A DNA stretch of 64,000 bases from Octopus sinensis (Eukaryota): the NCBI RefSeq assembly GCF_006345805.1, contig NC_042998.1:197284001-197348000 (forward strand). Reading direction: 5' to 3'. The position numbers and the translations under genes were made by a program. A model generated the notes under the pieces. It saw nothing but the letters and a program-made list of their open reading frames with translations, was not told where the DNA came from and made no database searches. Shown piece after piece: positions 1-12,593 of this stretch; the first letter of the stretch is position 1, and each line of letters begins with the position of its first letter.

Positions 1-43
1 CAAAAAAGTCATCAACAACAGATAGGACATAATCATCACTGTG

Positions 44-431
44 ATAGGCGCAGAAGTGGCCGTGTGGTGAGTAGCTTGCTAAGCAACCACATGGTTCCGG
101 GTTCAGTCTCACTGCGTGGCACCTTGGGCAAGTGTCTTCTACTATAGCCCCGGGCCGACCAATGCCTTGTGAGTGGATTTGGTAGATGGAAACTGAAAGA
201 AGCCTGTCGTATATATGTGTATGTGTTTGTGTGTCTGTGTTTGTCTCCCAAGCATTGCTTGACAACCGATGCTGGTGTGTTTACGTCCCCGTCACCTAGC
301 GGTTCGGCAAAAAGAGACCGATAGAATAAGTACTGGGCTTCCAAAGAATAAGTCCCGGGGTCATTTGCTCGACTAAAAGGTGGTGCTCCAGCATGGCCGC
401 AGACAAATGACTGAAACAAGTAAAAGAGTAG
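44..431 (+). mobile_element. tRNA-derived SINE, family A (octopus-type, ~390 bp)
   Basis: tRNA-like head (GTGGCCGTGTGG...GGTTCAGTC), central (TA/TG)n tract, tail ending AAACAAGTAAAAGAGT; about ten further full or partial copies in the window. Confidence 0.85.
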
Positions 432-1139
432 GGAGTATACCGGTTCCGAGCCAGGTGTTGTTTCATGCTGAGGGAACAAACAGGGCCAAATCAGGAGTTT
501 AGGAACGGTGATCAACCAATTCAAAGCCACAGTCATGCAGTCAGAGAAAAAAACAGAAAGAAGCACTATGTGACCATAAAACTGCTCTAATTCTTTAATT
601 TTGTTGCATTAAAAAAAAAAAATTCTCTGGTTCTAATGTTAATCAAGGTAGTATTGTCTTATTTTACGAGTATTTGTGCTTTCTTTTTTGTAAAACTTTA
701 ATAATATAACTGTTGTTGGTGCTGTGATGGTTATTTTTTCTCTTTAGTATCTCCAGTAAGCTTTACGCTAATAAGTAGCTCACAGATCCAGAAACCAGTT
801 TACTCAGTATTATGCTAGAAGAAGCATAACTGCAACACTAATATCTTGTGTGATGTCCAGTATAAAAATGAGGGTATGTGTGGTGTATACTTACACGACT
901 GATATGTTGTGTGGTGTACGGTATGTAAATTAGAAAAGGTATGCGGCATACGATGAAAAAGATGTCTTATTTTGTAGTTTGGATTAAAAATTTGTATAAG
1001 GTCGGGTGCTGTGTGATGCTCTAAACATTTAGTATTGAATACAAGATGGCAATCAAGATTATCTTGGATCAAAAGTGATAATCCCTGAAAGTAATACCTG
1101 TAATTAAGCAGGCGTTAGTAAAAACCTCTTGCAAAAGAA

Positions 1140-1167
1140 ATGAAGCATACAGAAGAAAAAGTCACAG
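1140..1167 (+). CDS. candidate first coding exon of the E/K-rich gene (MKHTEEKVT)
   Basis: ATG at 1140 with a purine at -3; donor CAG|GTGTGT in phase 1, matching the phase-1 start of exon 4900; no other support. Confidence 0.25.
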
Positions 1168-1227
1168 GTGTGTTTAATATATGATTTACATACTTCTTAT
1201 TACAATGGAATGTATACAGCTTATATA

Positions 1228-1451
1228 TACTCTTACTCTCTTTACTCTTTTACTTGTTTCAGTCATTCGACTGTGGCCATGCTGGAGCACCGCCTATAGT
1301 CGAGCAAATCGACCCCTGGACTTATTCTTTGTAAGCCCAGTACTTATTCTATTGGTCTCTTTGGCCGAACCACTAAGTGACGGGGATGTAAACACACCAG
1401 CATCGGTTCTCAAGCAATGCCTGGGGGACAAACACAGACACACAAACACAT

Positions 1452-1498
<47 letters not shown>

Positions 1499-1670
1499 CA
1501 TACATATATACGACAGGCTTCTTTCAGTTTCTGTCTACCAAATCCACTCACAAGGCATTGGTCGGCCCGGGGCTATAGCAGAAGACACTTGCCCAAGATG
1601 CCACGCAGTGGGACTGAACCCGGAACCATGTGGTTGGTTAGCAAGCTACTTACCACACAGCCACTCCTAT
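1228..1670 (-). mobile_element. SINE family A
   Basis: Reverse complement of the 44-431 element with an expanded (TA)n tract. Confidence 0.85.
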
Positions 1671-2029
1671 AAGTTTTATATATAATTTTGTATAATTTTC
1701 AATGATTAGAAATGTCTCAGCTTTATATTGCAATCATATCTATAGTGAAAACACAAAGTAGAGAAAATTATTGATAGATTAGAGACACAGCAGTAGAATC
1801 AGCACCAAAGCTCTTAACAGAAGAAAATCTGGTTGTTGTTGTGTAGCCCTTAGGCTAGCTCTAATCAGGTTGTCCTATAGCATGCAGGTAATTTACTGAT
1901 TCATGATCCACAGATCTATAACTTCCGTTATACCATGTCTCTTCCTAGATGAAGACTCTGACATACTATGATGAATAAAATGGTATGCAATGTGATAGTT
2001 TGGATCTTAAATAATAATAATGAAATTAT

Positions 2030-2306
2030 TTGTCAGCCTCACCTGGCCCCCATGCCGGTGGCACGTAAAAGCACCATCCGTTCGTGGCCGTTTGCCAGCT
2101 CCGTCTGGCTCCTGTGCGGGTGGCATGTAAAAAGCATCCACTACACTCACGGAGTGGTTGGCGTTAGGAAGGGCATCCAGCCGTAGAAACACTGCCAGAT
2201 CAGACTGGGCCTGATGCAGCCTTCTGGCTTCACAGACCCCAGTTGAACTGTCCAACCCATGCTAGCATGGAAAACGGATGCTAACTGATGATGATGATGA
2301 TGATGA
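2030..2306 (+). mobile_element. RTE LINE 3' UTR fragment
   Basis: Matches the 3' end of the long RTE at 15386-17872; CCATGCTAGCATGG palindrome then (GAT)n tail. Confidence 0.8.
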
Positions 2307-2307
2307 G

Positions 2308-2630
2308 TGTTCAGGTGCACCACAACTTGTCAAAAGTGTATATAAAGTATATGCAGTAATGTACAAATGTCTGGGAAGTGAACAATGTATGAGTCAGATA
2401 CATGCTTGTGTTTGTATGGAGGGGAGAGAAAATCAGGTGTAGTGTCGGCGAATCTCAGGAAGCATGGAAGTTTTGAAGGATGCAGTGCTCCGACAACTAA
2501 CAACTGATACTGGCAGTTTGTTCCATGCTTCAGCAACTCTTAGCGTGAAAAAATGTTTCCGAAAGTCATGGAAGGAGCTGTGCTGTTTTCTGACATTGTA
2601 AACTTATCCACGGTATGTGCAGTTCTATCC
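2308..2630 (-). mobile_element. CR1 LINE 3' fragment
   Basis: Encodes the ORF2 C-terminus (RKHFFTLRVAEAWNKLP) and the 3' UTR shared with other CR1 copies. Confidence 0.8.
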
Positions 2631-3211
2631 CTTGTCCACTGCATACACCCATAGATTCAGGTAGCGACCACAGCGGAGGTGAACAAGGTGGATCTAGAAC
2701 ACGACAATTGTTGTTCCTCTGCATGTGGCATGTTTGGGGTTGAGGAATAATTCATGAGCATTTTTTTTTCATATTTATTTTAAACAAAAGAACAAATTAA
2801 TCAATAATATATTCTCCATTGTTGTTTGTGACTTCCTCCCATCATTCAATAAGTTCTTCGATGCCTCAGCAATAGAAATCTTCCGCTCTTGACTCAAAGA
2901 ATCCATCCAACCAAGCTCTCAATTCCATGTCATTACTGAATGATGCACCATGCAAAGCGTTCGAAAGCAGTGGAAAAAGATGAAAATCTGATGGTGCCAA
3001 GTCTGGAGAGTATGGAGGACAAAGCAGCACTTCCCATTCGAGTTCTTGAATTATGACTTTGGTCATATTGGTGATGTGAAGACAGGTGTTGTCGTTTTGC
3101 AGAAGAATGCCATTTCACCTTTTGCTGAATTACTTCACTGAGTCGGTGCAGTTCTTGAACGTAGAGCTTTGCATTGCATCTTTGGTTGCACTCAAGTAGT
3201 TCATGATGAAT

Positions 3212-3443
3212 AAGGCGGCGAGCTGGCAGAATCGTTAGCACGCCGGGCGAAATGCGTAGCCGTATTTTGTCCGTCTTTACGTTCTGAGTTCAATTCCGCC
3301 GAGGTCGACTTTGCCTTTCATTCTTTCGGGGTCGATTAAATAAGTACCAGTTACGCACTGGGTTCGCTATATTCGACTTAATCCGTTTGTCTGTACTTGT
3401 TTGTCCTCTCTGTGTTTAGCCCCTTGTGGGTAGTAAAGAAATA
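3212..3443 (+). mobile_element. tRNA-derived SINE, family B, with 14-bp TSD
   Basis: Head GGCGGCGAGCTGGCAGAA...GAGTTCAA; central CCTTTCATCCTTTCGGGGTCGAT (resembles the Meta-SINE domain as recalled); flanked by AGTTCATGATGAAT / AGTTCATAATGAAT. Confidence 0.85.
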
Positions 3444-3877
3444 AGTTCATAATGAATCATGCCTCCCCAGTCCCACTATACACACAACATGGTCTTTTGA
3501 GGATGAAGGTCTTGTTTTGCTTGCAAAGTTACTTGTTTGTCGGGGCTGAGCCATTCTTTTCGCTGATTCATTTTGATGAAAAGGCACCGTTTTTCATTGC
3601 CAGTGACAATGCGGTGAAGAAAACGCTGTTTGTGACCATGTGTCGAGTGATGTTGAGCAAGCAAACTGGTGACAGTGGCCCCCATGCGCCAAGTTTCTGA
3701 ACCTTGCCCATTGAGTGAAGGTGGTTCACCACAGTGTTTTTCATCCCAATCCATCTGCTCTGCCGATTCTCTGATCATTTGACATGGATTTTTGTGAAGA
3801 AGTTGAATCAATTAATCCTCATCGAACTCAATTGGTTGACCGGTGTGTGATCTGTCCTCGAAGCATGGAAACCAATG

Positions 3878-4110
3878 GTAGGTGAGCTAGCAGAAACGTT
3901 AGCACGCCGGGCGAAATGCTTAACAGTATTTCGTCTGCTGCTACGTTGTGAGTTCAAATTCCGCCGAGGTCGACTTTACCTTTCATCCTTTCGGGGTCGA
4001 TAAATTAAGTACCAGTTACGCACTGGGGTCGATGTAATCGACTTAATACCTATGTCTGTCCTTGTTTGTCCCCTCTATGTTTAGCCCCTTGTGGGTAATA
4101 AAGAAATAGG
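3878..4110 (+). mobile_element. SINE family B
   Basis: Full-length copy inside the mariner N-terminal coding region. Confidence 0.85.
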
Positions 4111-4899
4111 TACTTTGAGGCATTGGTCCTCCTCTATACACAGCACAAATCTCTTGAGCCTTAACACCTCCAAGCAAAAAGTAAATGGTGTTGAAAGTGC
4201 TCTGTTCTGTTCATTTGGCATTCTGTTTTAATGATCTGAAAATACACAAAAAACAATAAAATTAAAAAGTCAAAACACTTTCTTGTAGAGCAAAAAATTC
4301 TCTTTTAAATAACTTAAAACAATTTGCCAATGCATTTTATTTCTTTGTGGATTTTTAAATTTGAAAAAAAAAATTATTCCTCAACCCCCTAACATCCTAA
4401 CATAATTCTAAGGGCCATTAATGCTACTGGTATTTCTGTATGTATTTGATTTTTTAAAAAAAATGTCTATATTTTTCATGGCTAGCAGAAGGAACTCTGG
4501 TGTCTGAAGTTACAACAGCAAACTGTTAACTTTCACTTTCATTATTAATATTTTCATTCATTGTGCACAAACTCTGATTATGTATAAAGTGATTTTGTAT
4601 GTTGTTCATAATTTATTGAGGTATGCTACAGAAAAACTGGGAGTCCAAGTAGGCTTGACATAGTTCATGAGGGATCTAAAGTATTGTTTGATACCAGTAG
4701 TGTTGTTTCATTTTGTTGACCAAATATTGTACATACGATTGATCTAAGTATAATCATGTGTTTTGCTTTCTCCACGATGTTTTCTATGCATCACAACTGG
4801 TTTTATATTAACAATGTCCCACATTATCAACTGTTTACATTAACAATGGTTTATATGACAAATAGTTTACACTTGTATAAACTTTGATTTACATTGCAG

Positions 4900-6236
4900 A
4901 AGAAGAGGAACTGGAGAGTTTGATGACGACAGAAAAACGGGTTCCTGGTAAGGCAAGTGTTGATCTAGAACCCTTGGAAGAGATTGCTGAAGTTTTATCG
5001 AAAAGTGAAATGGAATTACGTAACCTTATTAAAAGAAGAGGCAGTAGAAGGGAAGTCAAGACGACGATTGAAAAAAGTCGTAAAATGATCTCTGACCTCA
5101 TGACAAAGGACAAAAAGAAAGAAGCAGCACTTGTAGATGCTAAGTGGGCAAAAGAAACAGAACGGATAATTCCAGCTTCAGAAGAAAGAGCAATGGCATG
5201 TGAAAGGTATAAACTGTGGTCTGAACATAGAGAGAATCCTGTGTTTGAATCATTGGAGCCATCAATACCTGCTCTGGCTAATGTTAGAATAACTATGCTA
5301 TCTGATAAACTATCTGAAAAAGAGGAAGAATTTAAACCAAGCTTTCCAAAGAAAATATATGAAACACAAATAAGAAAAGTGCCAACGGGTTCCATGATGC
5401 CAACCACATTAAAAGAGAAATTCGTACCAATTTCAGAAGAGAAATATTATTCAGAGAAAGAATGGCAACAGCTAATTAATGAGAAACGAGGACAATTGTT
5501 AAAGAAACAATTAGATATGGAATGGAAGAAAGAAAAGAGGGAAATGAGAATAGATGACCAGATCAAAGAAGTGCCTAGAGAAGAGGAAATTGAAGAGGAA
5601 AAAGCATTAGCATTAGAATTAGAAGAGCTAACAGAAGGATTAGCATTGGAGCCTGGAGCTGAATTTACAAAGAAGGATAAAGTTTCAAAGAGACATCGAA
5701 AGAAAATTTCTGATGATGAGGTAGAAAAGAAAAAAAAGACGCGTTCATCCGAGGAATATTTTGTGAAACCTCTGACCTCCGAAGAAAAGTTAGCTGCTAG
5801 TGAGGCAGAGATAGTGGACGAGTCAGTGAGCTCACTAAAAGCACTATTGCCATCTGCAATGTCACCATATCTACTTGACTATCAGCAATTCAGTAGAGTT
5901 CAGCATGAAATGAAACACAAGAAAGCAATGGAAAGATTAAAATATATAGAAGATGTCCAGTTAGCGCCGATGAGTGATGAGCTGTACAGAGTGACATGGG
6001 AAAAGTCATTTAGTAGCATTAAAGAACCCAAAGATAAAATGAAATTACCTAGGATCAAGTATTTGGTAAAAGCGTCTCCCAAAAGATCTTTTACGTCTGT
6101 AAGAAGAGAGTCCTTTACATTGTATGGAAAAGAACTATATCCGCCAATTGATGATGAGACGATGTTTAATCCTCAAAGGGAGACCCGGTTGTTGATAGAA
6201 CGAGAGAAGATTTTTTCCAAAAAAATAAAGAAGCCT
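4900..6236 (+). CDS. large internal exon (1337 bp) of an uncharacterised E/K-rich protein
   Basis: Uninterrupted 445-codon frame; acceptor TTTACATTGCAG at 4899; donor CCT|GTAAGT at 6237; phase 1 in, phase 0 out; no domain recognised. Confidence 0.85.
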
Positions 6237-6261
6237 GTAAGTATAGCATTAATAATAATAA

Positions 6262-6700
6262 TAATAAATGCCCTGATGCAGTACCAGGCAGTGGCTCTCA
6301 TGGCTTCTGATCTTAACTGATTGGAAGTGTTATCATGTACATTGTTTTGTCTTGGTATAAAAGATGGCCTACAGCAAATATTCTGCTCAATACCAACATC
6401 CTTAAACAACCCTTACTCAGGGACCTTTTGAGCAGGATGGGTTACTCGACCAGAAGAAAATTCTAACTGGGCCCCACCTGCAAGGTCATGTGTTGTTTAT
6501 CTTGATATGAGATCACTATGTCGCGCACATATGGTTGTGATGCATGTACCTGGTGTACCCTTATCAGACAGGAAATCATGATGGGTATACTGGGCTTAGT
6601 ATGCTTGTTACCCAGTGTCACTTTAATGGCATGCACTGCTCTCTCACTCAATAATGATAATAATAATAATAATAATAACAATAATAATAATTTTAATAGA
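6262..6700. repeat. unclassified interspersed repeat embedded in (AAT)n, possibly an R4/Dong-type 3' end
   Basis: ~390 bp non-coding block with (AAT)n on both sides; family assignment is inference only. Confidence 0.35.
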
Positions 6701-6734
6701 GGCAGCACAAGACCTGAAATTTTGAAGAAGTGGG

Positions 6735-6902
6735 ATAGTTGATTATATTGACCCTAGTACTCAACTGACATTTATTGACCCTGAAAGGATGAAAGGCAAA
6801 GTCAACCTTGGTGGAATTTGAACTTGGAATCTAATGAGCCAGAAGAAATACTGCTTAGCATTTTGCATGAAGCACTAATAATTCTACTAGTTTACCACCT
6901 TA
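6735..6902 (-). mobile_element. diverged SINE B fragment
   Basis: GAAAGGATGAAAGGCAAAGTCAACCT core present with many substitutions. Confidence 0.65.
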
Positions 6903-6943
6903 TTAATAATAAGATTGGTAGATGGAAACTGAAGATGCTCATC

Positions 6944-6978
<35 letters not shown>

Positions 6979-7204
6979 TGTATGAATGGGTTTGTATCCT
7001 ATCTCAACTTGACATGTCTTCACTGTTTGTAAAGAAAATCCTCATTATTCCTACAGATGGCGCCATCTGCTCGTGGTCCACTGTGAAAGCTTGTTTGAGT
7101 TTCTTGACCTGTTGACCTCGCTTTGTATTCAAAAGGCTAATCCAGTCGGTGCATTTGTTTCAACTTCTGTGGAACCACACCCACTATATAGCCATTGTTA
7201 TGCC

Positions 7205-7445
7205 AAACACTGAACTACAACACTACAACTACACTACCACCAACATCACCATACTACAACAACTACCACCACAATACTGCAACAACTACCACTATACTAG
7301 AATAAACATCATTACACTACAACAACTACCATTATACTGCAACCACCACAACCACTATGCTACAAAACCATCACCATCACCATTACACTACAGCCTCAAC
7401 CACTGCAAGATATTGCACCAGAATCACCACCTTCACTACAATCCT
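7205..7445. repeat. degenerate (ACN)n low-complexity tract
   Basis: Mosaic of ACT/ACA/ACC triplets; explains the spurious ORF 7149-7508. Confidence 0.7.
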
Positions 7446-7612
7446 TATTGCTGTATTGCAATCCATCTTGTTTCTATTGCAGTTATCAGAGATCACGAAG
7501 AAGTATAAAGGCACATTTGAAGAAACAAGTAATTAGAGATTTTAATTTATATCATCACCATCATCATCATTGATAATGAGAGTAACTGTAAAAACTTTAG
7601 TTTATGTATTCT

Positions 7613-7838
7613 TTAACCCTTTCGTTACTGTATTTATTTTGAGATGCTCTGTGTTTCTCTCAATTACTTTAAAGATAAAGAATTTAGTAAAATAACTTGG
7701 TTATCATTAAGTTAGTGTTAGGAACATTAATTGTGACTAAGGTTTGGTGGAATATTTTAATTCAAAACTTATGAAAACAAGACATTTGTATTACAGAGCC
7801 AGAGCTGGTTTCAGCCGGGTTGGTAATGAAAGGGTTAA
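7613..7838. mobile_element. piggyBac-type MITE
   Basis: TTAA|CCCTTTCGTTAC ... GTAATGAAAGGG|TTAA: TTAA target duplication plus CCC/GGG termini. Confidence 0.8.
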
Positions 7839-8573
7839 ACATGTGTGAATCTCTCTAGCTATTATTATAGTGTTATATTTTCATCTAGTAACATCACATG
7901 TTCATACCATCATCACCTACCTCTGTTATTACTATTATCTACTTCCATGCATACCTGTACGACCATCACCCACCTGTATTCTAGCTACCATCCACAACTA
8001 TTGCTTGTCCATCCACCCTCTCATGACCTCTGTGACTTTTGTACTTGAGTGAAATTTCAAGTAAAGCACAGCTGAGGGGGACAGTTTAGAGGTCAATGAT
8101 TTTTACCAAAGGACACAATGTAGAGGATATAAGTTTGTGTGAGTCAATGCAGTGCAATGACCAAAAACGGTCTACACGGTCACTTTGCATGCAAAATATA
8201 GCAATCGAATCATTTCTGTAAAATAGACTAAAATTAAAGCAAAAACCTGAATATCAGATAATGTACTCTTAGAATTACAAAACACGTTGGGGTGGTCACA
8301 GATGGAATGTCTTTGGCCATGTATCTGCCAGATCAAGGTTAAAAGATGCATGAAATCATATCTCATACATCTAACATTTGGTCTTGTCATCTCCTGCCCT
8401 GAGATGCAAAAATGTATGGAATGGCACAAATAGTAGAATGCCTGATTTGAAGGCATCCCTTATATTAAAAGTCCAGACCCTATTGCTCTTAACTTTCGCC
8501 TTGCTAAGGTCCATCAAATACATCATGCCAGTGATTTGTTGGTATTGAGAAAATTAACTATATTACAAAGTAG

Positions 8574-9170
8574 AATAATATAACAATGAAATTATTGTAT
8601 ACAGTGCTCAGGTGCACCACAACATGTCAAAAGTGCATATAAAGCATATGCAGTAATTTACAAATGTCTGGGAAGTGAACAATGTATGAGTCAGATACAT
8701 GTTTGCGTGTGTATGGAGGGGAGAAAATCAGGTGTAGTGTTGGTGAATCTCAGGAAGCATGGAAGTTTTGAAGGATGCAGTGCTCGGACAACTAACAACT
8801 GATGCCGGTAGTTTGTTTCATGCTTCAGCAACTCTTAGCGTGAAAAAATGTTTCCGAAAGTCATGGGAGCTGTGCTGTTTTCTGACTTTGTAAACATGTC
8901 CACAGGTGTTAGACAGGTGGAGTTTGAAAAGGTGCTCAGAGTTATTGTTAGTAAGATGGTTAATAATTTTATGAGCGTCTGCCAAGTCAGCTGCCAGACG
9001 TCGGAGTTTCAATGTATCCATGCCCAGGGAAGTAAGGTGTTCAGAATATGGCAAATGCCTGATGGAGGGTATTCTCTTGGTTGCATGTCGCTGAACAGTT
9101 TCCAGACGATTAATATCCTGGGCAAGATAGGGGTTCCAGACTGGTGATGCAAATTCCAGGTGAGGTCGTA
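8574..9170 (-). mobile_element. CR1 LINE 3' fragment
   Basis: ORF 8818-9180 (VRPHLEFASPVWNPY...RKHFFTLRVAEA); (ATT)n tail. Confidence 0.85.
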
Positions 9171-9308
9171 CTTGGCTCAAGCCAGTGAGACTAGTGAGGT
9201 GTCACACATAATACACATGGCAGATGTTGTTTATTTAGCCTAATAATTAACTCCACTTCATATATTTGCTTCAACATTTAGACGTACAACTGTCTTGCTG
9301 TAGTTTAG

Positions 9309-9357
9309 AAGGTTTATGGCATTAGATATTTTAAGTATCAATCAGGAATGATTGATG
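9309..9357 (+). CDS. exon of the E/K-rich gene (KVYGIRYFKYQSGMID)
   Basis: Acceptor GTAGTTTAG, donor GATG|GTGAGC; phase 0 to 1 bridges exons 6236 and 12065. Confidence 0.55.
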
Positions 9358-9634
9358 GTGAGCCAATTTTTGCCTGCTGATATCAGCATAAAATTCCAAG
9401 CAGTTTATTCAGTTTTAGGATTTTGTTTCAGATATTCATTGCTGAATGAAGATAGCTTCTATCCAAAGTTTTGGCATGAGTTAACATCTTGTATGCCTAA
9501 ATAAAAAGTTAGCAATATATACATGGTGCATTCTAGAAGTTTTGAAACTTTTTCAGGAAAGACATTTTAATTACAAAGAAATACAAAATTCTCATCTCCT
9601 TCAAAGTAGAATCCTCTGACTTAATTTACCAGCG

Positions 9635-9911
9635 TCACCTTACTGGCACTTGTGCCGGTGTGCAGGTGGCACATAAAAAAAACACCATTTGGGCATGGCA
9701 GTTGCCAGTACCACCTGACTGGCCCTTGTGCTGGTGGCACATAAAAACACCCACTACACTCTCAGAGTGGTTGGCATTAGGAAGGGTATCCAGCTGTAGA
9801 AACTCTGCCAGATCAAGATTGGAGCCTGGTGCAGCCATCTGGTTCGCCAGTCTTCAGTCAAATCATCCAACCCATGCTAGCATGGAAAGCGGACGTTAAG
9901 CGATGATGATG
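9635..9911 (+). mobile_element. RTE 3' UTR fragment inside the mariner
   Basis: Modules, terminal palindrome and (GAT)n tail. Confidence 0.8.
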
Positions 9912-10689
9912 TGGTCCTCCAGTCACTTTGTGAAGGTCTCCAGAGTTAAAATGCCCAGGGCCCCTATCACAGCCTCCTTCATCCTTTCAATATTTTCAAA
10001 TTGACCCCCCTTGAGGTTCTCCTTCAGCTTGAAGAACAATCAAAAGTCATAGGGAGCAAGGTCTAGACTGTCAGTGGGGTGAGGAACAATTTTGACGCCC
10101 ATCTGTGTCAAGTAGTTGGTTACCAAGGTGGAATTGTGGACTAGTCTATTGTCCTGTTGCATGTGACACTGAGTCAAGTGGAAGAGCTCTGGGCCTTTTG
10201 CTATGAAATCTCTTCCTAATTCCCTCAAAACCTCTTCAAAGTACTGTTTGTTAATCATCTGGTCAGAGGAAACCCAGTGAATGTAGATGTGCCCTTCTTC
10301 TCAAAAAAGATCATCATGAGCTTTTCAGTGGACTTGCTTTGCCTGGCCTTCTTAGGTAAAGGGGAGCCAGGGTGCTTCCATTGGGCGCTCTGTCTCTTGG
10401 TCTCAATCATGACAGTTACTCCAGCTTTTATCACAGGTCACCAGAGACTCAAGTCCTCTTGGAATAGAGGTAAAGATCCCAATCATCTCTCCCTGCTGTC
10501 ACCAACATGTCTTTCCTTCAGTTCTTCACTGAGAATTCTGGGAATGAGAACAAACTTTGTACAAGTTTTGTGCACGTTCACATCTTCATGAATGATTCTG
10601 AGTACAGCATCAGCACCAACTTCAAACTTTATACTTATTGTCTTTATAGGCACAGGACAGTCTTCATTCAGAAAACTGAATTTTCTCAA

Positions 10690-10970
10690 CTGGCCGATGC
10701 CAGTGCCACCTCGACTGGCTTCCGTGCCGGTGGCACATAAAATGCACCAATCCGATTGTGGCTGTTGCCAGCCTCGCTTGGCACCTGTGCAAGTGGCACG
10801 TAAAAAGCACCCACTGCACTCACGGAGTGGTTGGCGTTAGGAAGGGCATCCAGCTGTAGAAACACTGCCAGATCAGACTGGAGCCTGGTGCAGCCTCCTG
10901 GCTTCCCAGATCCCCGGTAGAAGCGTTCAACCCATGCTAGCACGGAAAACGGACGTTAAACGATGATGAT
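10690..10970 (+). mobile_element. RTE 3' UTR fragment inside the mariner
   Basis: Modules, terminal palindrome and (GAT)n tail. Confidence 0.8.
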
Positions 10971-11344
10971 GAGCTCTGATGTTTCGATGTCCCTCCCCTC
11001 TACTGCACCAGCGAAAAACAGATGCTTGGCTCACACAAGTTCATCAATAAACAATATGGAACATTCCATAAGTTTTAGTTGTGTTTTTGCCCAATTTGAC
11101 AAGAGATTTTATTGCATAGTCCTCTTCCAAATTGTGTTCATATCCTGACTACATTCTACAAACTAGTCAGCTGCGACAAACAGTGTTTTGCAGAGAGTGT
11201 TCAAAGTTCTGTTACAGCCGTTTCCTTCAATCTGGAATAAAAGTTAGCAGGTCAGCTTATTAGATATATAATAATAATGTACTAAAATTAGATATATAAT
11301 AATAATGCAGTACAAAGTTTTGTCAGTGAACAGGTCGCAGTCTC

Positions 11345-11560
11345 AAAGCGACAAAAATATTTTTCACGCTAAGAGTTGCTGAAGCATGGAACAAACTGCC
11401 AGCATCAGTTGTTAGTTGTCGGAGCACTGGATCCTTCAAAACTTCCATGCTTCCTGAGATTCGCCAATACTACACCTGATTTTCTCCCCTCCATACACAC
11501 GCAAGCATGTATCTGACTCATACACTGTTCACTTCCCAGACATTCGTACATTACTGCAGA
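11345..11560 (+). mobile_element. CR1 3' fragment
   Basis: TTTTCACGCTAAGAGTTGCTGAAGCATGG...TACACCTGA followed by the 3' UTR. Confidence 0.8.
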
Positions 11561-11580
11561 ATAAGTCGAGTAATAAGAAA

Positions 11581-11876
11581 GAAACAATTGCAGTGTGGAA
11601 GGTGTTAATAAGCCATTTAAGAATCACACAAAAGCCGTTCGATTCACTTCAACATTTAAGTTTAATTTGCCAAAATATTTTCGTCGCTTTGAGACCATGA
11701 CCTGTTCACTGACAAAATTCCGAAATGCAGCACGGATTTTTGTCAGGGAACAGGTCACGGTCTTAAAGCGACGAAAATATTTTGACAAATTAAACTTAAA
11801 TGTTGAAGTAAATCTAACGGTTTTTGTGTGTTTCTTAAATGGCTTATAAACAACCTTCCACGCTGCAATTGTTTTC
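11581..11876. repeat. long inverted repeat (foldback), ~142-bp arms, 10-nt loop
   Basis: 11581-11722 is the reverse complement of 11733-11876 at roughly 90% identity by eye; loop AAATGCAGCA. Confidence 0.9.
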
Positions 11877-12064
11877 GTTCCAGTATACAATCTCAGATCA
11901 AGCCACTCGCTATGCAAGTACATCTCCGTAATATAATAGTAATAATGATATACTAAAATTACAATAATCTAAGACAGCTATAACTGTTTCTCCTAAAAAA
12001 AAGTCTCAAACCTTCTGGAATGTATTTCATAACTTTATGTATTATGTATGCTTGCTTCTTATAG

Positions 12065-12189
12065 TTCAAGAAAAACGCCCAACAGAAACTGTGGAACATA
12101 TGAGGTACACAAAATGCTTGCCAACGATCAGAGATTCAGGAAAAGCTGTTGATAGTAAATATGCATCAAAGAGTGAGATCAAACAACCA
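12065..12189 (+). CDS. exon of the E/K-rich gene (QEKRPTETVEHMRYTK...SEIKQP)
   Basis: Acceptor CTTGCTTCTTATAG, donor CCA|GTAAGT; open only in phase 1 to 0. Confidence 0.7.
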
Positions 12190-12274
12190 GTAAGTACAGT
12201 CACGTACTAATAATTATTCTCAGCTTACTTAATAGCAACTAAAATTGATCAGAGACTTTAGTTGACATATAATC

Positions 12275-12593
12275 TCTTTACTCTTTTACTCTTTTACTTG
12301 TTTCAGTCATTTGACTGCGGCCATGCTGGAGCACCGCCTTTAGTCTTGCAGCTCGACCCCGGGACTTATTCTTTTGTAAGCCCAGTACTTATTCTATCGG
12401 TCTCTTTTGCTGAACCGCTAAGTGACGGGGACATAAACACACCAGCATCGGTTGTCAAGCAATGCTAGGGGGACAAACACAGACACACAAACATATACGC
12501 AAACATATATATATATGCACATATATACGACGGGCTTCTTTCAGTTTCCGTTTACCAAATCCACTCACAAGGCTTTGGTCGGCCCAAGGCTAT
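12275..12593 (-). mobile_element. SINE A, 3' part; the head resumes at 15158-15256 after a CR1 insertion
   Basis: Breaks at GGCTATA and continues as GTAGAAGAC at 15158. Confidence 0.8.

Larger units (their letters stand above)
2731..4394 (-). mobile_element. decayed mariner transposon with both TIRs, split by two SINE B insertions
   Basis: Transposase motifs RIVTGNEK and PPYSPDLAPSDFHLF; imperfect TIRs sharing AATTATTCCTCAACCCC at ~2735-2750 and ~4372-4388; stops and frameshifts. Confidence 0.85.
9520..12031 (-). mobile_element. decayed mariner transposon with both TIRs and nested insertions
   Basis: HTH region (YAIKSLVKLGKNTTKTYGMF) ~11100, QQDN...PHPTDSLDLAPYDF ~10040-10170; imperfect TIRs at 9520-9555 and ~11995-12031. 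Confidence 0.8.

Noticed and set aside
36-566. SINE-derived ORFs (e.g. 36-566, 1181-1672, 47554-48006)
   Set aside because: The same peptide text recurs at every SINE copy; not genes
4889-5407. 172-aa minus-strand ORF
   Set aside because: Antisense shadow of the large coding exon
9835-9860. CTGAAGA + CTGG-cgaa-CCAG in RTE 3' ends resembling a hammerhead
   Set aside because: GAAA and the cleavage arm are missing; it is the LINE 3' stem-loop
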